DNA of 64,000 nucleotides from assembly GCA_028023455.1 (NCBI GenBank), contig JAQFVV010000004.1, positions 23,312,001-23,376,000 on the forward strand, read 5' to 3'. The notes beneath the pieces are model-generated. The model saw only the letters and a list, made by a program, of their open reading frames with translations. It was not told the origin of the DNA and made no database searches. Source of the DNA: Epiperipatus broadwayi (lineage: Eukaryota; Animalia; Onychophora). This document shows positions 1 through 13,880 of the stretch, piece by piece (position 1 is the first letter of the stretch; each line of letters opens with the position of its first letter). Both the position numbers and the translations under genes were made by a program.

Positions 1-572
1 TTTGTTTTCTATTTTAATTAATTATAAATGGTTTTTAGTGAATTAGTCATGAAATCCAATGAAAGGACTTTTCTAAAAAATATACCACATCTATTAAGCA
101 ATATTGACAACTTTCTAAACTGATATCATTGTGGTTTGAAATTCAGCCCACTAACACTGTTAGGTTGGACAACCTTGAAATATTGCATTGTTATCGATAC
201 CTAACAAGAATACAAAATGTATGCTAAAAATTAATTACAAGATTTGCCCCAAACGACAAATGAGTAAGCAGAATTTTTAAGTTAAATAAGAGCTTTTTAA
301 TATTAAAAAAAAGAATAATTTTTTTCATTTAAAATTACTTTTATCCACCAAAATAAAAAGTTATTGTTGCTCATAAACTATTTAGCATCAAAATAATTTA
401 AGTCATTGTATAATCATATTTATGTAGGAAAAACAAAATGTATTTCTCGTATATATTACACAGAAGCTTCCAGTAATAATACTAATAATTCACCATTTAT
501 CCATGAAAATATTAGAATATATATATAAAATTAAAAAAATATCAGGACAATAATTAAATATAATAAGAGTAC

Positions 573-802
573 CTGAGTAGAAGCAAATCCACCATCATAA
601 CCTCGCTGAGTGTGTAGCCAATTAACAATACTAGTTGATAAAAAGGAATCTCTGTGTAGATAAACAAGCAAAGCATAAGCAGTTGTTTCCACATTACTAG
701 AATCATATTTCGTGGGTAAACGATATTTTAAATGAGGATTATTGCTTTGTAAGACATAATCATTTGAAGGAACAACTTCTATGCCCCAATGAATTAAACC
801 CT
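573..802 (-). CDS. Mcr: Mcr exon (last in window): (E)GLIHWGIEVVPSNDYVLQSNNPHLKYRLPTKYDSSNVETTAYALLVYLHRDSFLSTSIVNWLHTQRGYDGGFASTQ
   Basis: TTTTTAG acceptor, CAG|GTACTC donor, 230 nt, phase 1-0. VETTAYALL and WL..QR...GGF.STQ motifs. Confidence 0.95.
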
Positions 803-1814
803 CTAAAAAAAAAACACACACACATAAAAAACAAAACTTTGAAATTAAACAAGATTTAGCATTTTTGTATTTTTTTTTTGGAAGTAAAAATATATACTAA
901 GCATGAAATTAATTTATTTAATATGTTAAGTTTTTCAAATTATTTAAATATTGTAGTTATTTCATTTTTCTCATTATATATATATATATATGCGTGTGTG
1001 CATGTACATATATATAAATGACATCACAAAATTCTCATCATAACTAGCATCTCTCTTGAATGTTCCTGAAATAAAAGTTTATTTCTTGTTCCTTCCATAT
1101 AAAAGTTCATTAAGAATTTCTATTAATTTGTTCTGTAAACAATTTTTTTTCCCATAAACAGCAAAAGAAATTATATATTATGAATCCAGAAGACAAATTC
1201 TTGGCACTAAATCAAAAAAGTATTTTATGTACAAAAAAAAAAAAAAAGCCCCAAAACATACAAATAGCCAAATTTCTTGCAAATAAATTTTATGTGAAAT
1301 GTATGGCAAAGTTTTCCAAAATGTATAAATATCAGTAATTGCAATAAGCTCAGAAATAAGTTGGCAGTTAGATAATGACCATTTCGGCAAGTTGCAACTT
1401 TTAAGATAAGCTGGAACATACTACATAAAAAACGTGATATTTTCATCATATTCATTTGTTTTCTAATTAGGAATATTCAGATATTTATTTACTAACCAAT
1501 AAAATGTTAAGATTGTTGCTAGTTTGGCTATAACCTGGCTATTTTAACCTCCTCTCCCCAGCTACATTGTGAATTTGAATCCTAGATCATAGATTTGGTA
1601 ACCTGAAGGTTTTTCTAAGGATATGACTGTCAAAACATTGTTTCAGAATTATGAATAATTCTTTGTCTAATAGTCACTTTCCTGGCTCTCTCAATAAGAT
1701 TTTTTTTCTCTTCCACATATATACATAAACCCATAAAATGCATTTATAGATAAATAATTTTGAATGTTACTATAAGATGATGGTTGCTTACATATTCATT
1801 TGAAAATATACATT

Positions 1815-4800
1815 TGCTGTGTCCTTAGGGTCTCTAAAGACCAGTCAGGTAGATAAATAAATAAATAATATACTTTGAAAACAACATAAGTGAAAATAGT
1901 CTTCCTTCATATCAGGAGTAATCCAGTTATTACATTTATACTTTTAAACCAAATGACTCAAGAAACACAAATAAGCGTATATAACTTCATGTATAGAATA
2001 AAAGTATTAGAGTTCATAATATTAGTGCATGCATTGGCACTCACAATTTATACGTTACATATTAACCATCAGCATACCCAACTTGTCTCTTGTGGTTTAG
2101 TTAAGTTTCAGTTAATTATCCTTTGCTGGTGATAATCTTTTCTATTCATGAACACTTATTGCTTCTCACTTGCTGATTGGTATTCCATTTAAGATTTAAT
2201 CACTGCTTGTCAGTCTACTAGTCCAGTAAGGGTGAACCTATGGCACCCATGCCAGAAATGGTAGTTCAAATTTTTTACTATGATTTAAATTATTCTTTTT
2301 GTTTTTGTTGCTAAAATCTGTACTAATAAAAATTTACTGTAAATTAAAGATAAAATAAATAAATGCAATATTATATTAGAATTCAATTTATAATTGAACT
2401 TTCATTAGAAGCAATAAATTACAAAATTAAAAAAAAAATTATACATATGTAGGTGGAAATAGTATTTTAAGTCAAATAAAGTGGTACCAATATACTATGG
2501 TATCATATTCTACAAACCTGTCAAATGATTCCAATAAAACTAAAAAGTAAATTCAGTAAAATATTTTATAACTCTTTGAAGTAAATTTTTTGTCCTAATC
2601 TTTTTTGATTTAAACATGTGGACACCATTCATTTTTTAACATAATCAAAATCGCAAACAAAGGAATGAAATGTGTAATCAATGCCATCAAACGGTGGTTT
2701 TTTTTTGCTTGAAGTTTTACTGTAAAAAGTGAAATGTAAAGATAATATACTTTCATATAATAAACCTTTGATTTATAAAATTATTAAAGCTCATTTAAAT
2801 TTGCTTTTAAATAAAATAACAAAAAAAAATTGTCAAGCAGTAGAGAATTTCAAAATTGGTGGTCTGATGAATATGGAATGATTAACAAAGGCACCAAGGC
2901 AGTATGTGTTTTATGTTCTGGAATGGTTGTATTAAGAACATCATCAGTAAAATGGCATTATGAGACCAATCTTAAATCACTCTGTGAAAAAAGTAAAGAT
3001 GAACAAAAAGAATATATTGCCCAAGCATTTAAAAATATAAATATTCAATCAACATCTATAATAAAATTTATTGAAAATCATTCAAATATAACTGCTGCTA
3101 CTTTTTTTTATTTCAAATGTAATTGCCAAATACTGGAAAACTTTTAATGATGGAGAATATATGAAAGCTTGGAAGACATATGCATCAGTTCTTTTTGAAG
3201 ATTTTGAAAACAAAGCAAAAATTATTCAAAGAATAAAAGATTTACCATTGGCTGGAAATACAGTTAAAGGAGGAATCCTGCAAATGGCTAACAATATAAC
3301 TTACCAACAAAAAAGAGATATAAAATCTTCAGTTTAATTTCTCTCTGCCTTGATGAAAGTGCAGACATAAATGGATCAGCTCATTTGGCTATTTTTATTC
3401 GCTATTATGTTGAGAATAATACCAAAGAAGAATTGATTCAGTTTAACCTCATTAGTAACAACAACAAAAGAAATGTACTCGCTGGAAATGAAATAGATGT
3501 TGCCAAAATTGTATCAGTAACTATAGATAGTGCTCGAAGTATGACTGGAAAAGAAAATGGTTTTCTCAGTTTATTTACCAATCGTATTGGACACTCAACT
3601 TTGAATTTTCATTGCATTATACATCAGCAGGTTTTATGCACAAAGGCCAGCTCTAAGCCACTGGATGATGTTATGACTAAGTCAGTCAATTTTATATCTA
3701 CACAAGCTCTAAATAAACAAAAAATTTTAAATTTACTGAATGAAGTGAACTCAGTATACAATGTTTTACTTATGTCCAATAATTAAGTTAAAGAAAAGTT
3801 CTTCAAAGATTTGTTGAGTGTTTAGATGAAATTAGATTGTTTTTACATAATGAGAAAATCATTGAAAAATAAAATGAATTAATGGATATTGAATGGCTTT
3901 CGAAATTAATGTTTTTTACTAATATGTGCTCACATGTAAATGAATTAAATCAGAAACTGCAAAGTTACAATAAGACAATTGTTGTCATGTTTGATTTGAT
4001 CAAAGCATTTGAAATTAAATTACAAATTTTTAACCGTGATGTTATTTCTTACACCTTCAAATATTTCCCAAATATAAAAAAAGTTCTTGACTGATTTAGA
4101 ATTTCACGAGAAGCCAGATCAAATAAAATTGATACGAGAGTATTGTGTTGTTATTCAATCAATGATTGATGAATTTTCTTTAAGATTTACATAGTTCAGA
4201 CAATTTTCAGAAACATCCAAAATTTATTTTATATCCAGACATAATATCAATGGATAGTCTCAATGTAGAAATTTTGAGTGGCTTAATTTGGGAACTATGG
4301 AAATGCAATCAGTCGATTTTCAGTCCAGTTCTATATGGAAACAGAAATTTGCTGATTTGAGGAATGAGTTAGAAATAATAGAAAATAAATGATTATTGGG
4401 CTTATATAAAAAAGAATGCTGAAGAAGAACTACAGACTGCCTGGAATATTTAATTGTTTAAAAAAATTAGCGACTGCTATATCATCAATTTCCTCCTCTA
4501 CATAACATGTGAATTATTATTTTCAGAAATGAATTTAATTAAAGACAGAAGTAGAATGACAGATGAATCTAGTTCAGCATTTACATTATTAAAATTGAGA
4601 AAATGTGAACCAGATATAAAGCATTTGGCATCCAACGTACAACAGCAAAAATCTCATTAAATAATATCTGTTTATGTTGATTTTATATGTTTTTTTCCAA
4701 AATTTTGTTTTAATTATTATTAATTTTTTACTATTATATTTTATTCAATTTGTGTTCTTCAAAATAAATATCATTCACCTGTATTTAGCTTATTTAAAAA

Positions 4801-5240
4801 TTTTGTTTAATTATATATTTTTATTATTATTATTTTGTTTTATAAACTTTTAAAAAACTGCAATAATTAAGTTGTTTATATTTTGATTTAATAACTGTAT
4901 GGTACACCAATCATTCAATAAATATTTTTTGGAAATTTTTGTCACACACACATAAAAAGGTTCACCCTATCATTGAGCCACTCTTTATTGCTGATCTGTT
5001 ATCACTTCAAATCAACACTAACTTTTAATCCAGTCTAAATATTTTAGCTGCTTCCTCCTTATATACAATAATTTATATGCAATTAGCTTTATTTGCATAC
5101 AAATTCCATCCAAATTAATCTATAATTTGGGATGATCTCTCAAGCAAATTTCTAGAATAATTTTCTCCAAAAAATGAAAATGTTATTAAAATGAAGAAAT
5201 CCGTGCATATTTACAAAAATAAATGATCTTGTATTTACAT
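1815..5240. repeat. Interspersed repeat copy 1 (1815-2223 plus 4968-5240), split by the hAT element
   Basis: Both pieces align colinearly with the uninterrupted copy at about 7277-8050. Confidence 0.85.
2224..4975 (+). mobile_element. hAT DNA transposon, Buster/SPIN/Charlie type (GTF2IRD2-like transposase), inactivated
   Basis: Imperfect TIRs around GGGTGAACC (2224-2240) and GGTTCACCC (4959-4967). Broken ORFs 2830-4660 contain the N-terminal CxxC zinc finger, the LDES and TIDSA catalytic-Asp contexts, the HCIIHQ motif and a hAT dimerisation C-terminus (LFSEMNLIK.RSRMTDE...QKSH). Confidence 0.88.
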
Positions 5241-5559
5241 ACAGATTTATGTGATGGCTTCTCCTTTATTGGAGTCAGGGATGTATATGCATGGACATTT
5301 CACTTCTACCCCTACTCTAGAAATACAAACTTAATTTATTATTATATCTTTAAACTTGTCAAGTTGTTTACTTTTATGTTTATGTGGAGTTTTGGGAATA
5401 ATTTTTTTTCTTCTCCTTTTGAAATAATTCCACCATTATTTTTCTCTTATATAAATACCTGTTTATCATCAGTTACTTTAACTTGGTCTGAATCAGTAAT
5501 TAAATCCTCCAATAAAAAATCCTTTTTCTCTAAATCTTCCTTTAAGGATTTATTTAAAT

Positions 5560-6880
5560 GAGCATCTGGCAAGGTATATCCACAACAATGTTGAAGGTGT
5601 TTAACATGTCTTTTCAACTCCTACCATTCTGTAATTTTACTATTCTTATATCCTTCGATATTACTTTCACTATTTCATCAGATGTACATTTATAATTAAG
5701 TAAATCATGTATCCACATTTTTTCTCCTACTAAGAACTTGTCCCAATTAAGAACTTTATCATTTTTATCAATACGTGGTACTAGCTTTGTTAATCAAGTC
5801 CAAGGTGTACTAGATTTTTTCCCCGACCAATTTGCTACAGCCAGACTATTTAAAGTTCTGGAGTTTAACAAGTTACTATTCATATTTATGTGAATACTCA
5901 GTTATCAGAACCAATTTCTTCTTAACAATGGATTGAAATTTTTATTTTCAATATAGTGTCAGACATTGCACACTAGAAATTAATTTTACAGGCGCTACAA
6001 CTTTTCCTTGAATATTAATTTTATTGCCATTTATGTTTATAGCTATCACATCTGTATCATAAAGGTCCTTTTACCTTTTCTGTTAATTTTAATCCAATCT
6101 CTGAAATATCATTAACAGACTGGGTCCATTGTCCATTTCTATCTTAACTGTTTGACCACAAATAACTGCATCTATAAATATGTAATCCATTTATCTGTCA
6201 TTCAATCTCTTTATACTAACATTTTAATTTGTCTTCATATTTATAGTCAGATTTTACAATATCAATAGTTCCACTCTATTATTGCTAAATGACCTTTTTT
6301 TATTACAATTTCTACAATTTTTATTTCTATTTTTACATTTAATTTTAAAATGTCCGGGTTTCCCACAACAAGCACTTTTCTACCACTACAGGACTCTATA
6401 ATAAGTTTTGCTACTTTTTGATTTATTAGCAAAATTTTTTCTGACTATTGTGGTCTATAAACTCCAATGCATTATTTTATAAAGCTTCTTGTGTGGCACA
6501 TTTCTCCATAGTTCTTTTATAACTTAGGTCAAAGTCGTTCAGCAGTACTTTTTTTCATCCTCTATGCCATATAGTTTTTCCAATAATACACCATTTATTT
6601 CCAGACCAAAATCACAGTGTTTAGCCGGCTTCCTTAGAGCTAAATCATAGATAATGTATTTTTTCATATGACAGTTGTTTTTGGTTTCTCAATCTCAGCC
6701 ACACTACCAATTTGGATACTCTTGGAATGAAATATCCATTTAAAATTTCTACAACTTTATTATAAGGAAGATCCTCTGGATGTATGGGATCAGTAAGTCT
6801 ATTTGTAAGTTGTATAATGTCTTGACCTGCAAAATAGAGAAGGGTCGATACTTTGAGATGCTCTTCTTCCACTTTATAAA
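5560..6880 (-). mobile_element. Ty3/gypsy-type LTR retrotransposon remnant (gag, zinc-knuckle region, aspartic protease)
   Basis: LTDPIHPEDLPYNKVVEILNGYFIP..LR...KHCDFG gag signature. IEMDNG protease motif (degenerate DTG) near 6130. PBS-like TGGAAGAAGAG near 6870. Confidence 0.7.
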
Positions 6881-7050
6881 CATATAGTACTCTCCTGAAG
6901 GTTTGTGATGATGGTGTTTTAGTTGTATTTAAATATTGGACGATTTCTATCTAATATTGAGTACTGAATGTCTTTCAAAAAATTTAACTTTATTTAAATA
7001 TATCAAATACATTCAACTGTTAGTAATAGCACACAGGTTAATACTCTATG
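6880..7050 (-). repeat. Putative LTR of the gypsy element; other copies at about 11703-11817, 12120-12400, 35085-35150 and 59186-59572
   Basis: Sits directly 5' of the PBS-like motif and gag. The sequence attggactatttccatc...caactgttagtaata recurs in the listed copies. Confidence 0.6.
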
Positions 7051-7276
7051 TATTCAACATAACTTTTCCATGAGTCCATATTGATTATATCGAACTCATG
7101 GATTGCAGATCTTAGTGCCACCATATTTTATTATTCATAGTAAAAATTACCCTGTGTCAATAACTATTTTTTTTCTCTCTTTTTTTAAATTTCTTAAGAT
7201 CTGACAACTGTCAACTCACACCACTCTAATATGTATTGCAAGTTCTATCCTATCAATTCCTGTCGACTTTGCCAAC

Positions 7277-8050
7277 TGCTGTATCCTGAGGGTCTCTAAA
7301 GACCAATCAGGAAAGTAAATGAATAAATAATATACTTCAAAATGTATATATAAATGTGGTAAAACAACATGAAAAGGTAATAATCTACTAATATTCATTC
7401 ATTATTTATTTTTCTCGGGTGAAAATAGTCTTCTTTCATATCAGAAGTAATCCAGTTATTATATTTGTGCTTTTAAATCACATGATTCTTAAAACACAAA
7501 TAAGCATATACAACTTCATGTATAAAATAAAACTATTAGAGTTTGTAATATTAATGCTTACATCGGCACTCACAATTTTTATGTTATATATTAACGTTCT
7601 CCATTCTCAACTTGTTTCTTGTGTGGTTTGGTTAAGCTTCAGTTAATTACCCTTAACTGGTGATAACTTTTTTTATTCACAAACAAGTATTGCTTTTCAT
7701 TTGCCGCTATTCCATTTTAGACTTAATCATTGCTAGCCAGTCTACTAATCTATCATTGAGTCACTCTTTACTGCTGATCTGTTATCACTTTAAATCAACA
7801 CCAACTTTTAATCCAGTCTAACCATTTTATCTGCTTCCTACCTCCTTTATTTTATTATAGGAGTATTTTTTATACAATCTAATTGTATGCAACTAGCTTT
7901 ATTTGCATCCAAATTAATCTATAATTTGGGATGATCTCTCAAGAAAATTTCTAGAATAATTTTCTCCAAAAAAAAAAAAAAAAAAAGGAATGTTATTAAA
8001 GTGAAAAAATCCAGCATATTTACAAAAATAAATGATCTTTTATTTATATA
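7277..8050. repeat. Interspersed repeat copy 2 (empty-site copy; possibly a decayed LINE fragment)
   Basis: Colinear with copy 1. Reads cagtctactaatctatcattgag across the hAT insertion point. Confidence 0.8.
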
Positions 8051-8267
8051 TGTGGTTTCATACATGCAGACATTTCAACGTTAATGATTTTTTTTTGTAA
8101 TATTATTGCTTAGTCATTAAAAATAGATCAGTTAGCAGAATGTAGTAATAAAATGACAATTCAACTTAGGAAACATGACCATAGTCATTCAATGCATAAA
8201 GAAATAGAAGCCGATAGGAACACATATAATTAACATCATCTTAAAAACAAAACAAAACTATACTAAC

Positions 8268-8445
8268 CTCTATCATGTTTCATCTTTTCAAGAAGACCAT
8301 AGCCTGTTTCTTTTGCATCACTATTTACTAAAGTAAGAGCATAAGTTGCAATAGCAATTTCATATGGGTCCACCAGTTTTTCAATTTGTCTTTCAAGACA
8401 TGTTGCTGCTGATCTTTTAGCAGTTAAAATTTGTGCAGCGATGCC
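8268..8445 (-). CDS. Mcr: Mcr exon: GIAAQILTAKRSAATCLERQIEKLVDPYEIAIATYALTLVNSDAKETGYGLLEKMKHDR(E)
   Basis: TTTTAAG acceptor, G|GTTAGT donor, 178 nt, phase 0-1. DPYE.AI..YAL thioester-domain helix motif. Confidence 0.92.
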
Positions 8446-9730
8446 CTTAAAATAAAGATGTAATTAATTTCATCCTTAAAAGTCTAATTTAAGAGAAAAT
8501 ATGCACAAAACATTGTATCATATATATATAATTGCTTATACATAGAGCAATTTCTAAAGTCATTAACAATATTCAAATTTAATACAAAACACACACATAC
8601 ACAATACAATATTCCAAAAAGTGTAATAATAGAAGAATATTTATATAGAGAGTAATTTGTAAAGTTACTACCAATATTCAAAATATATTTTTATTCTTAA
8701 AAAGACAATTATTTACAATCTAAACTAAGGTCAAACTGTTGCAATTTTTGTATTTAAAATATTCCTATGTAAATATTTTTATATGTAATTTTATATTCAT
8801 TGCCATTTTATTTTTATTAATTTATATTTTTACATAAACAATTATCATTATGATATTATCAATTCTGCTTCATCTGTACTATTTATTGTAATAATGCCAT
8901 ATAGGAATTTAGTAAATTTTAATTTTTCAAAAACATGAATTTTTCCTTTGCATGTTATTTTAATTCTTCGTTTAAAATTTCACAAACTTCTGTTTAGAAA
9001 ATTTATAGTAAACATTATTGTTCTGCGTAGTTTAATACAGTGGTAGAATGATAGGCTCTAAAATCTCAAGAGCCATGATTCCAGCTGCATCTTGAGACTT
9101 CCAGTACTCTATCTTATGAATCCCTGAGTGATAATCTATTCAGTTTTATACGATTATACATATTGAGATAGAATCCTATTACATCCTGAACAAAAAAGAT
9201 CTAGTGCATTCATTTTTTGAATATTCTGAAAACAGGGATAATACTTTCCCGCAAGCCAAAGATTATTCCAGAATCTCTGCTGCAAGTGCAGAAAAAAAGT
9301 TAGGAAATGGATATTTAGTCATTACATTTATCAAATCAGCTTTTCTTTTTAAAAACAAAGACACATAAGAGCCCAGATTTTTAAATCAGAAAATAGCAGA
9401 AGCACTCAAACAGAAGGCTGCATAATTTTATGAAACATTTGTTGATTTTAAATTTCAAGCCAATTCTTTGCTTGATTCATATCGAACTCTCGATAATTGC
9501 ATAGTCAGTTTAGATCTATTGTACATGCATTTATCAATATTAATTTACTAAGAGATACAACATAATTAATATATGACAATAAAATATTTGAAACTAAATA
9601 AGATAAAAAACAACAACAACTTTCTAAATATAGAATACAACAGGCAATAATTGCAAAACTATTTTTTTTGTGTGTGCAAAAAATGTACAAAAATACTATG
9701 AAAACATTGTTTTCTTTCTTAATGATCAAA

Positions 9731-9950
9731 CATCACATGATCACCATTTTTTATGCTTACACAAACTGTTTTTTACTGAGGCAAAACTATCCATATAGTA
9801 GCTACACTCAGTGCAAGTCACAAAGCTAGAAACTAGTCTGGGGATTTTGGCTGAGTAGGCACTAGATAGAGATTCTATGCATAAATCTTTCCTGCATCCA
9901 TTGATTACTCTGGCTTGCACTGAATAGCACTACTGTATGAAGAGCTCTGC
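9731..9950. repeat. Centrally deleted copy of the Penelope-type palindromic element found at 16760-17600
   Basis: Same 5' end (catcacatgatcac...atgcttacaca) and same arm with GAAACTAGTCTGGGG. Lacks the CTGATGA half. Confidence 0.7.
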
Positions 9951-11299
9951 AACACATGATAGTTCATTTTAAACTGTCTGAAATCTATTAACTAATTGAT
10001 AAACATCAAAATCTATATTGGTAATAGTTGTGACTGCAGGAAAAGTGTAGTCACACATCCTTTTCTATTTATTGAGACTTTGTTTAAGCACTAATGTTAT
10101 GCAAGTCTGGCTTTTTAGTTTTGGTATTTCCAGAAGAAATTTTGTCATTTTGAATTTTATTGCTATCAATCCAAATTGAAGACTTCAATAACTAATGTTT
10201 GAATTCTTTTTATAAGCTTATTTTGGAATATGTTAAAAATCTATTATAAAGATTTATTTGGGGGACTACTTTCTTCATTATTCTTATTAATAAAGCCATT
10301 GTATAAAAAAATTAAACTGATATTCTTTAAATTAACAGTTTACATGAAAATTCTATAGATTGGGAGAGGGGATAAATTTAGAGCCTGGAAATACTGGTCA
10401 GCATTGGTTAGTGGTCAATTAAGATTTAAATACAATTTATTCATGGAACTTTAAACACTTTTTAGCAAAAACCTTTTATTGTACATATATTCATACACAA
10501 TCTTATATTTTGACTGTCCTGCAATCTTCTTCAGAGTACAATGAATAAATTGCATGTATCATTTATAGTTAAAAATCCACAAAGCGCATGTGCATTAGCT
10601 TTATGATTGATTATTAATATTACAGTTTATAAACATAGCGCTATATAAAAAATATTTTATTTACATAAAATATAACAAAATAAAGGAAGTGGTGAATTTG
10701 ACAAAATTTAAATAATTTACTAATTAGAAGTCTTACCAATAGTATAATTGAAAGTTGCTTATAATACATCAATTTGCAGTAAAGTCTGCTCTATTTAGAG
10801 CAGAGAAATCTCAGAAAAAACTAGTTTAGTTTAATAAAACTAGTGAGACAATAATAACCGCTGTTTAATTAAATTGATAGTTTTAAATTATATACACAGC
10901 AAGGTGTGTTTCAAATTTTTGCAAAAGTACTTTCATTAAGTGCTAATATTTGATTTTATTCCAAATTCATTTGGTATCATTTTTGATACAAGATATTTAA
11001 GAAATAAATCAGACTTGACTGAAAATTGATGCATCATAATAGGTTTTTAGCTAAGCTGTTTGGAAGATTTCTAATTAATTATTTGTTTAATTAGAAAAAG
11101 TATACTTAATTTAATAGAATAGCAGACATCAACATCATTTTGACTAGCTGTAAATATAATTAGTCATGATCATCAACAGCACATACACAAATGATTATGG
11201 ATATTCCAAATACGAAGAAAGATAAAGGATACAATAATAATAATAATAATAATACTGTATTAGAGTTAAGTTTTGCAATGACTATACAACCAAGCTGTA

Positions 11300-11690
11300 A
11301 AACACAAATACATTAATGTATAGAGCACACTGTTCCATTAGTCTGTATATTTGAAATTTTGCAAAAACTTCTGTAGAAAACTTCTCTTTCTAAAATTCTT
11401 CAATCATCATGTCTAATTATAGCTCTTCAATGTATTCTATTCCATATCTTCACAATGAAAACAATCACCAATACATTTTCTTGAGAATATCTTAAGAGAT
11501 AATTTTTATACCATAAATGATATCTGCCCTTCCCATAAAAATTATGCTTGTTAATAAAAATCACTCTTTTAGGAAGTCTTGCTTGCATCTTTCATTTATT
11601 AAATTGAATTAAAACATTGATTGATCTAATAATCTTGTCATTGTATGGATTTTAATATTTGTCTGAAAGTATATGATGATGACATTTTAC
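11300..11690 (-). mobile_element. RTE LINE 3' fragment
   Basis: Degenerate M.D.RLPK region matching the copy at 13110-13200. Confidence 0.45.
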
Positions 11691-12119
11691 TTGTAATTAT
11701 ATATGTTGGACTATTTTCATCATCTAGTTTTAAGTGTTAAATGTTTTTAGAAAAATTCAAACTTTATTTAATCTTTTCAAATACATTCAACTGTAAGTAA
11801 TAGCACACAGGTTAATATAGAACACAATGTTTTGAATGGCATTATTGTCTTTTCTTCTTCAGCCGATGATAGTGAACTAATGATAATACTAGCACAGGAA
11901 TCAAACTGATGATTTTTAGATTTTGTGAATAATGAATTTAAGTTAATACTCAGACTAATTAAACATTTTCAGAATAGTCTAGTTGGTTAGAGCATCAATT
12001 TACATTTAGAATGCACAAATCTGAAAGTCTTTAATTTGATTTTCATGCTAATAGTTTTACTAGTCAGACCAGCAAAATTCAAAAAAGTGAGGATAACCTT
12101 CAAAACATATATATCAATC

Positions 12120-12400
12120 TGTATTTTTATATTGGACTATTTCCATCATTTAATATGTGTGTTGAATATCTTTAGAAAAGTTTAATTTTAGTTAAATATT
12201 CCAAATGTATTCAATTGTTAGTAATATCTTAGCAAACAGGTTAGTATATGCACCAACTGTTAGTAATATCACAGCAAACAGGTTATCTGTGCATTATTAT
12301 TAACAGTTGAATGTATTTGGAAGGTTTAGATAAAGTTCATATTTTCTAAAACATTTAATAATTAAAATTAAATGATGGAAACAGACTGTATAAAAATACA
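12120..12400. repeat. Imperfect fold-back built from LTR-like arms with 42-nt subrepeats
   Basis: Left and right arms are reverse complements with many mismatches. Same family as 59186-59572. Confidence 0.7.
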
Positions 12401-13109
12401 ATGGCATTTGTAATTATAATTACAAATTGCCATTGTATTTTTTACAAAAAATCCTTAAATATTTTTTCCTTAATGGTTTTATTTATACAATTAGTGTGCG
12501 ATAAGTAAAAAACAAAGATCAGATAAAAAATTTTTATCCTTAATTAACAACTCTGTAGATATGGTACCACTACTACTAATAATAATAACAACAGTAACAA
12601 CAATAATAATTCAATTCTTTATTTAATGTACACATCTACAGCAAAAAACCAATTACAGATTGCACATAAAAAAAGATATATACTATAACAAAAGGATTAA
12701 AAGAAGATAAAAGAAAAAAAAATCACTAATCAGATATTATATATATATTTAAAATCCTTGAAAAGTCATTAATTTCAAATTGAAAAAAGTTTTTGCTAAC
12801 AAAATCTATTGTATATACTGGGTGGATAAAAAAAGAGGAAATATTTCAAAGTATCACATCGATAAGTTTCAATGACGAAGTAATTATGTGCATGAATTTC
12901 ATTCTGACAAGAATTCAAATAAAGTTTTGAAAGCATGTTATAAGAAATAATAATAATAAACAGCCACTCAAAAATGAGTAGGTTCATTTTAATTCTAAAA
13001 AGAAAAAGAGAGACAGAGAAATTACTTTAAAAATTAGTTTTGCAGTAACTATACAAACCAATCTACATCCACACATAGAACATTCTCATCCAATTTTCTG
13101 TTTATTTGT

Positions 13110-13880
13110 TAATTTATGATGTTATATTTTAGTTTCTTTGGAAGTCTTGCATCTTTCATTCCTTTTACCCGTCCAATCCAATGAAAATGTGATTTTACAA
13201 CGGTGGGTTCACACCCTGCAAGCTGAAGAACATATGGTTTTACAATCTTGCTATTGTATTTTTAAAATTTTACAATGTCTTTAAATGAAACTTTTCTAAT
13301 GCCTTTATATTTCACTGATAGGATGTCCACATTTCACATTCATGCAATATCTAAAATAACAATTTTATATACAGCTAACTTAATTGTAGTAATTATTTCC
13401 CTATGATAAAATACTATGTCTTTTAACTTGTTAAAAGCAACAGCAGCACATTGAAATCTGTGTTGGATCTCAACATCTAAATCCATCTTTCCACTTCTAA
13501 AAATACCAAGATATTTAAACTAGTTCACATTCTCAAGTTGATAATAATTATTGGCTGACAAAGAACTGGAGTTTTTTGAACATTAATTAATAAACTGAGA
13601 TCTTTTATAAAGATGCATTTAGAATGTTAAGAACATTCTGTAAATTATTTTTTTGAACTGGAAAAAATAGCACAATCATCAACATACTGTAAATCCCAGA
13701 ATCCAAGAAGATGAAGTTCTTAGTTTTTGCTTTTAATCAATTCAAATTAAAAATTCCCCAAACCTATATCATATTTTGATCACTGTCTTATTAAGTCATA
13801 ACCAAACCCAAAGATTATTATCATAAAAATTGAAAACAAAGTTGGAACAAGTCTTTATTTAATTTAACACTAGTTTTCAT
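13110..13880 (-). mobile_element. RTE (BovB-like) LINE, 3' half of RT, decayed
   Basis: GVKQG..PTLF-like, G.IFNL..LKAKTK-like, YVDDCA (YADD) and WIGRVKGMKDARLPK motifs with frameshifts. Confidence 0.7.

Noticed and set aside
9025-9100. tRNA-like A-box (TAGTTTAATACAGTGGTAG)
   Set aside because: No B-box or cloverleaf can be formed; at most a decayed SINE head.
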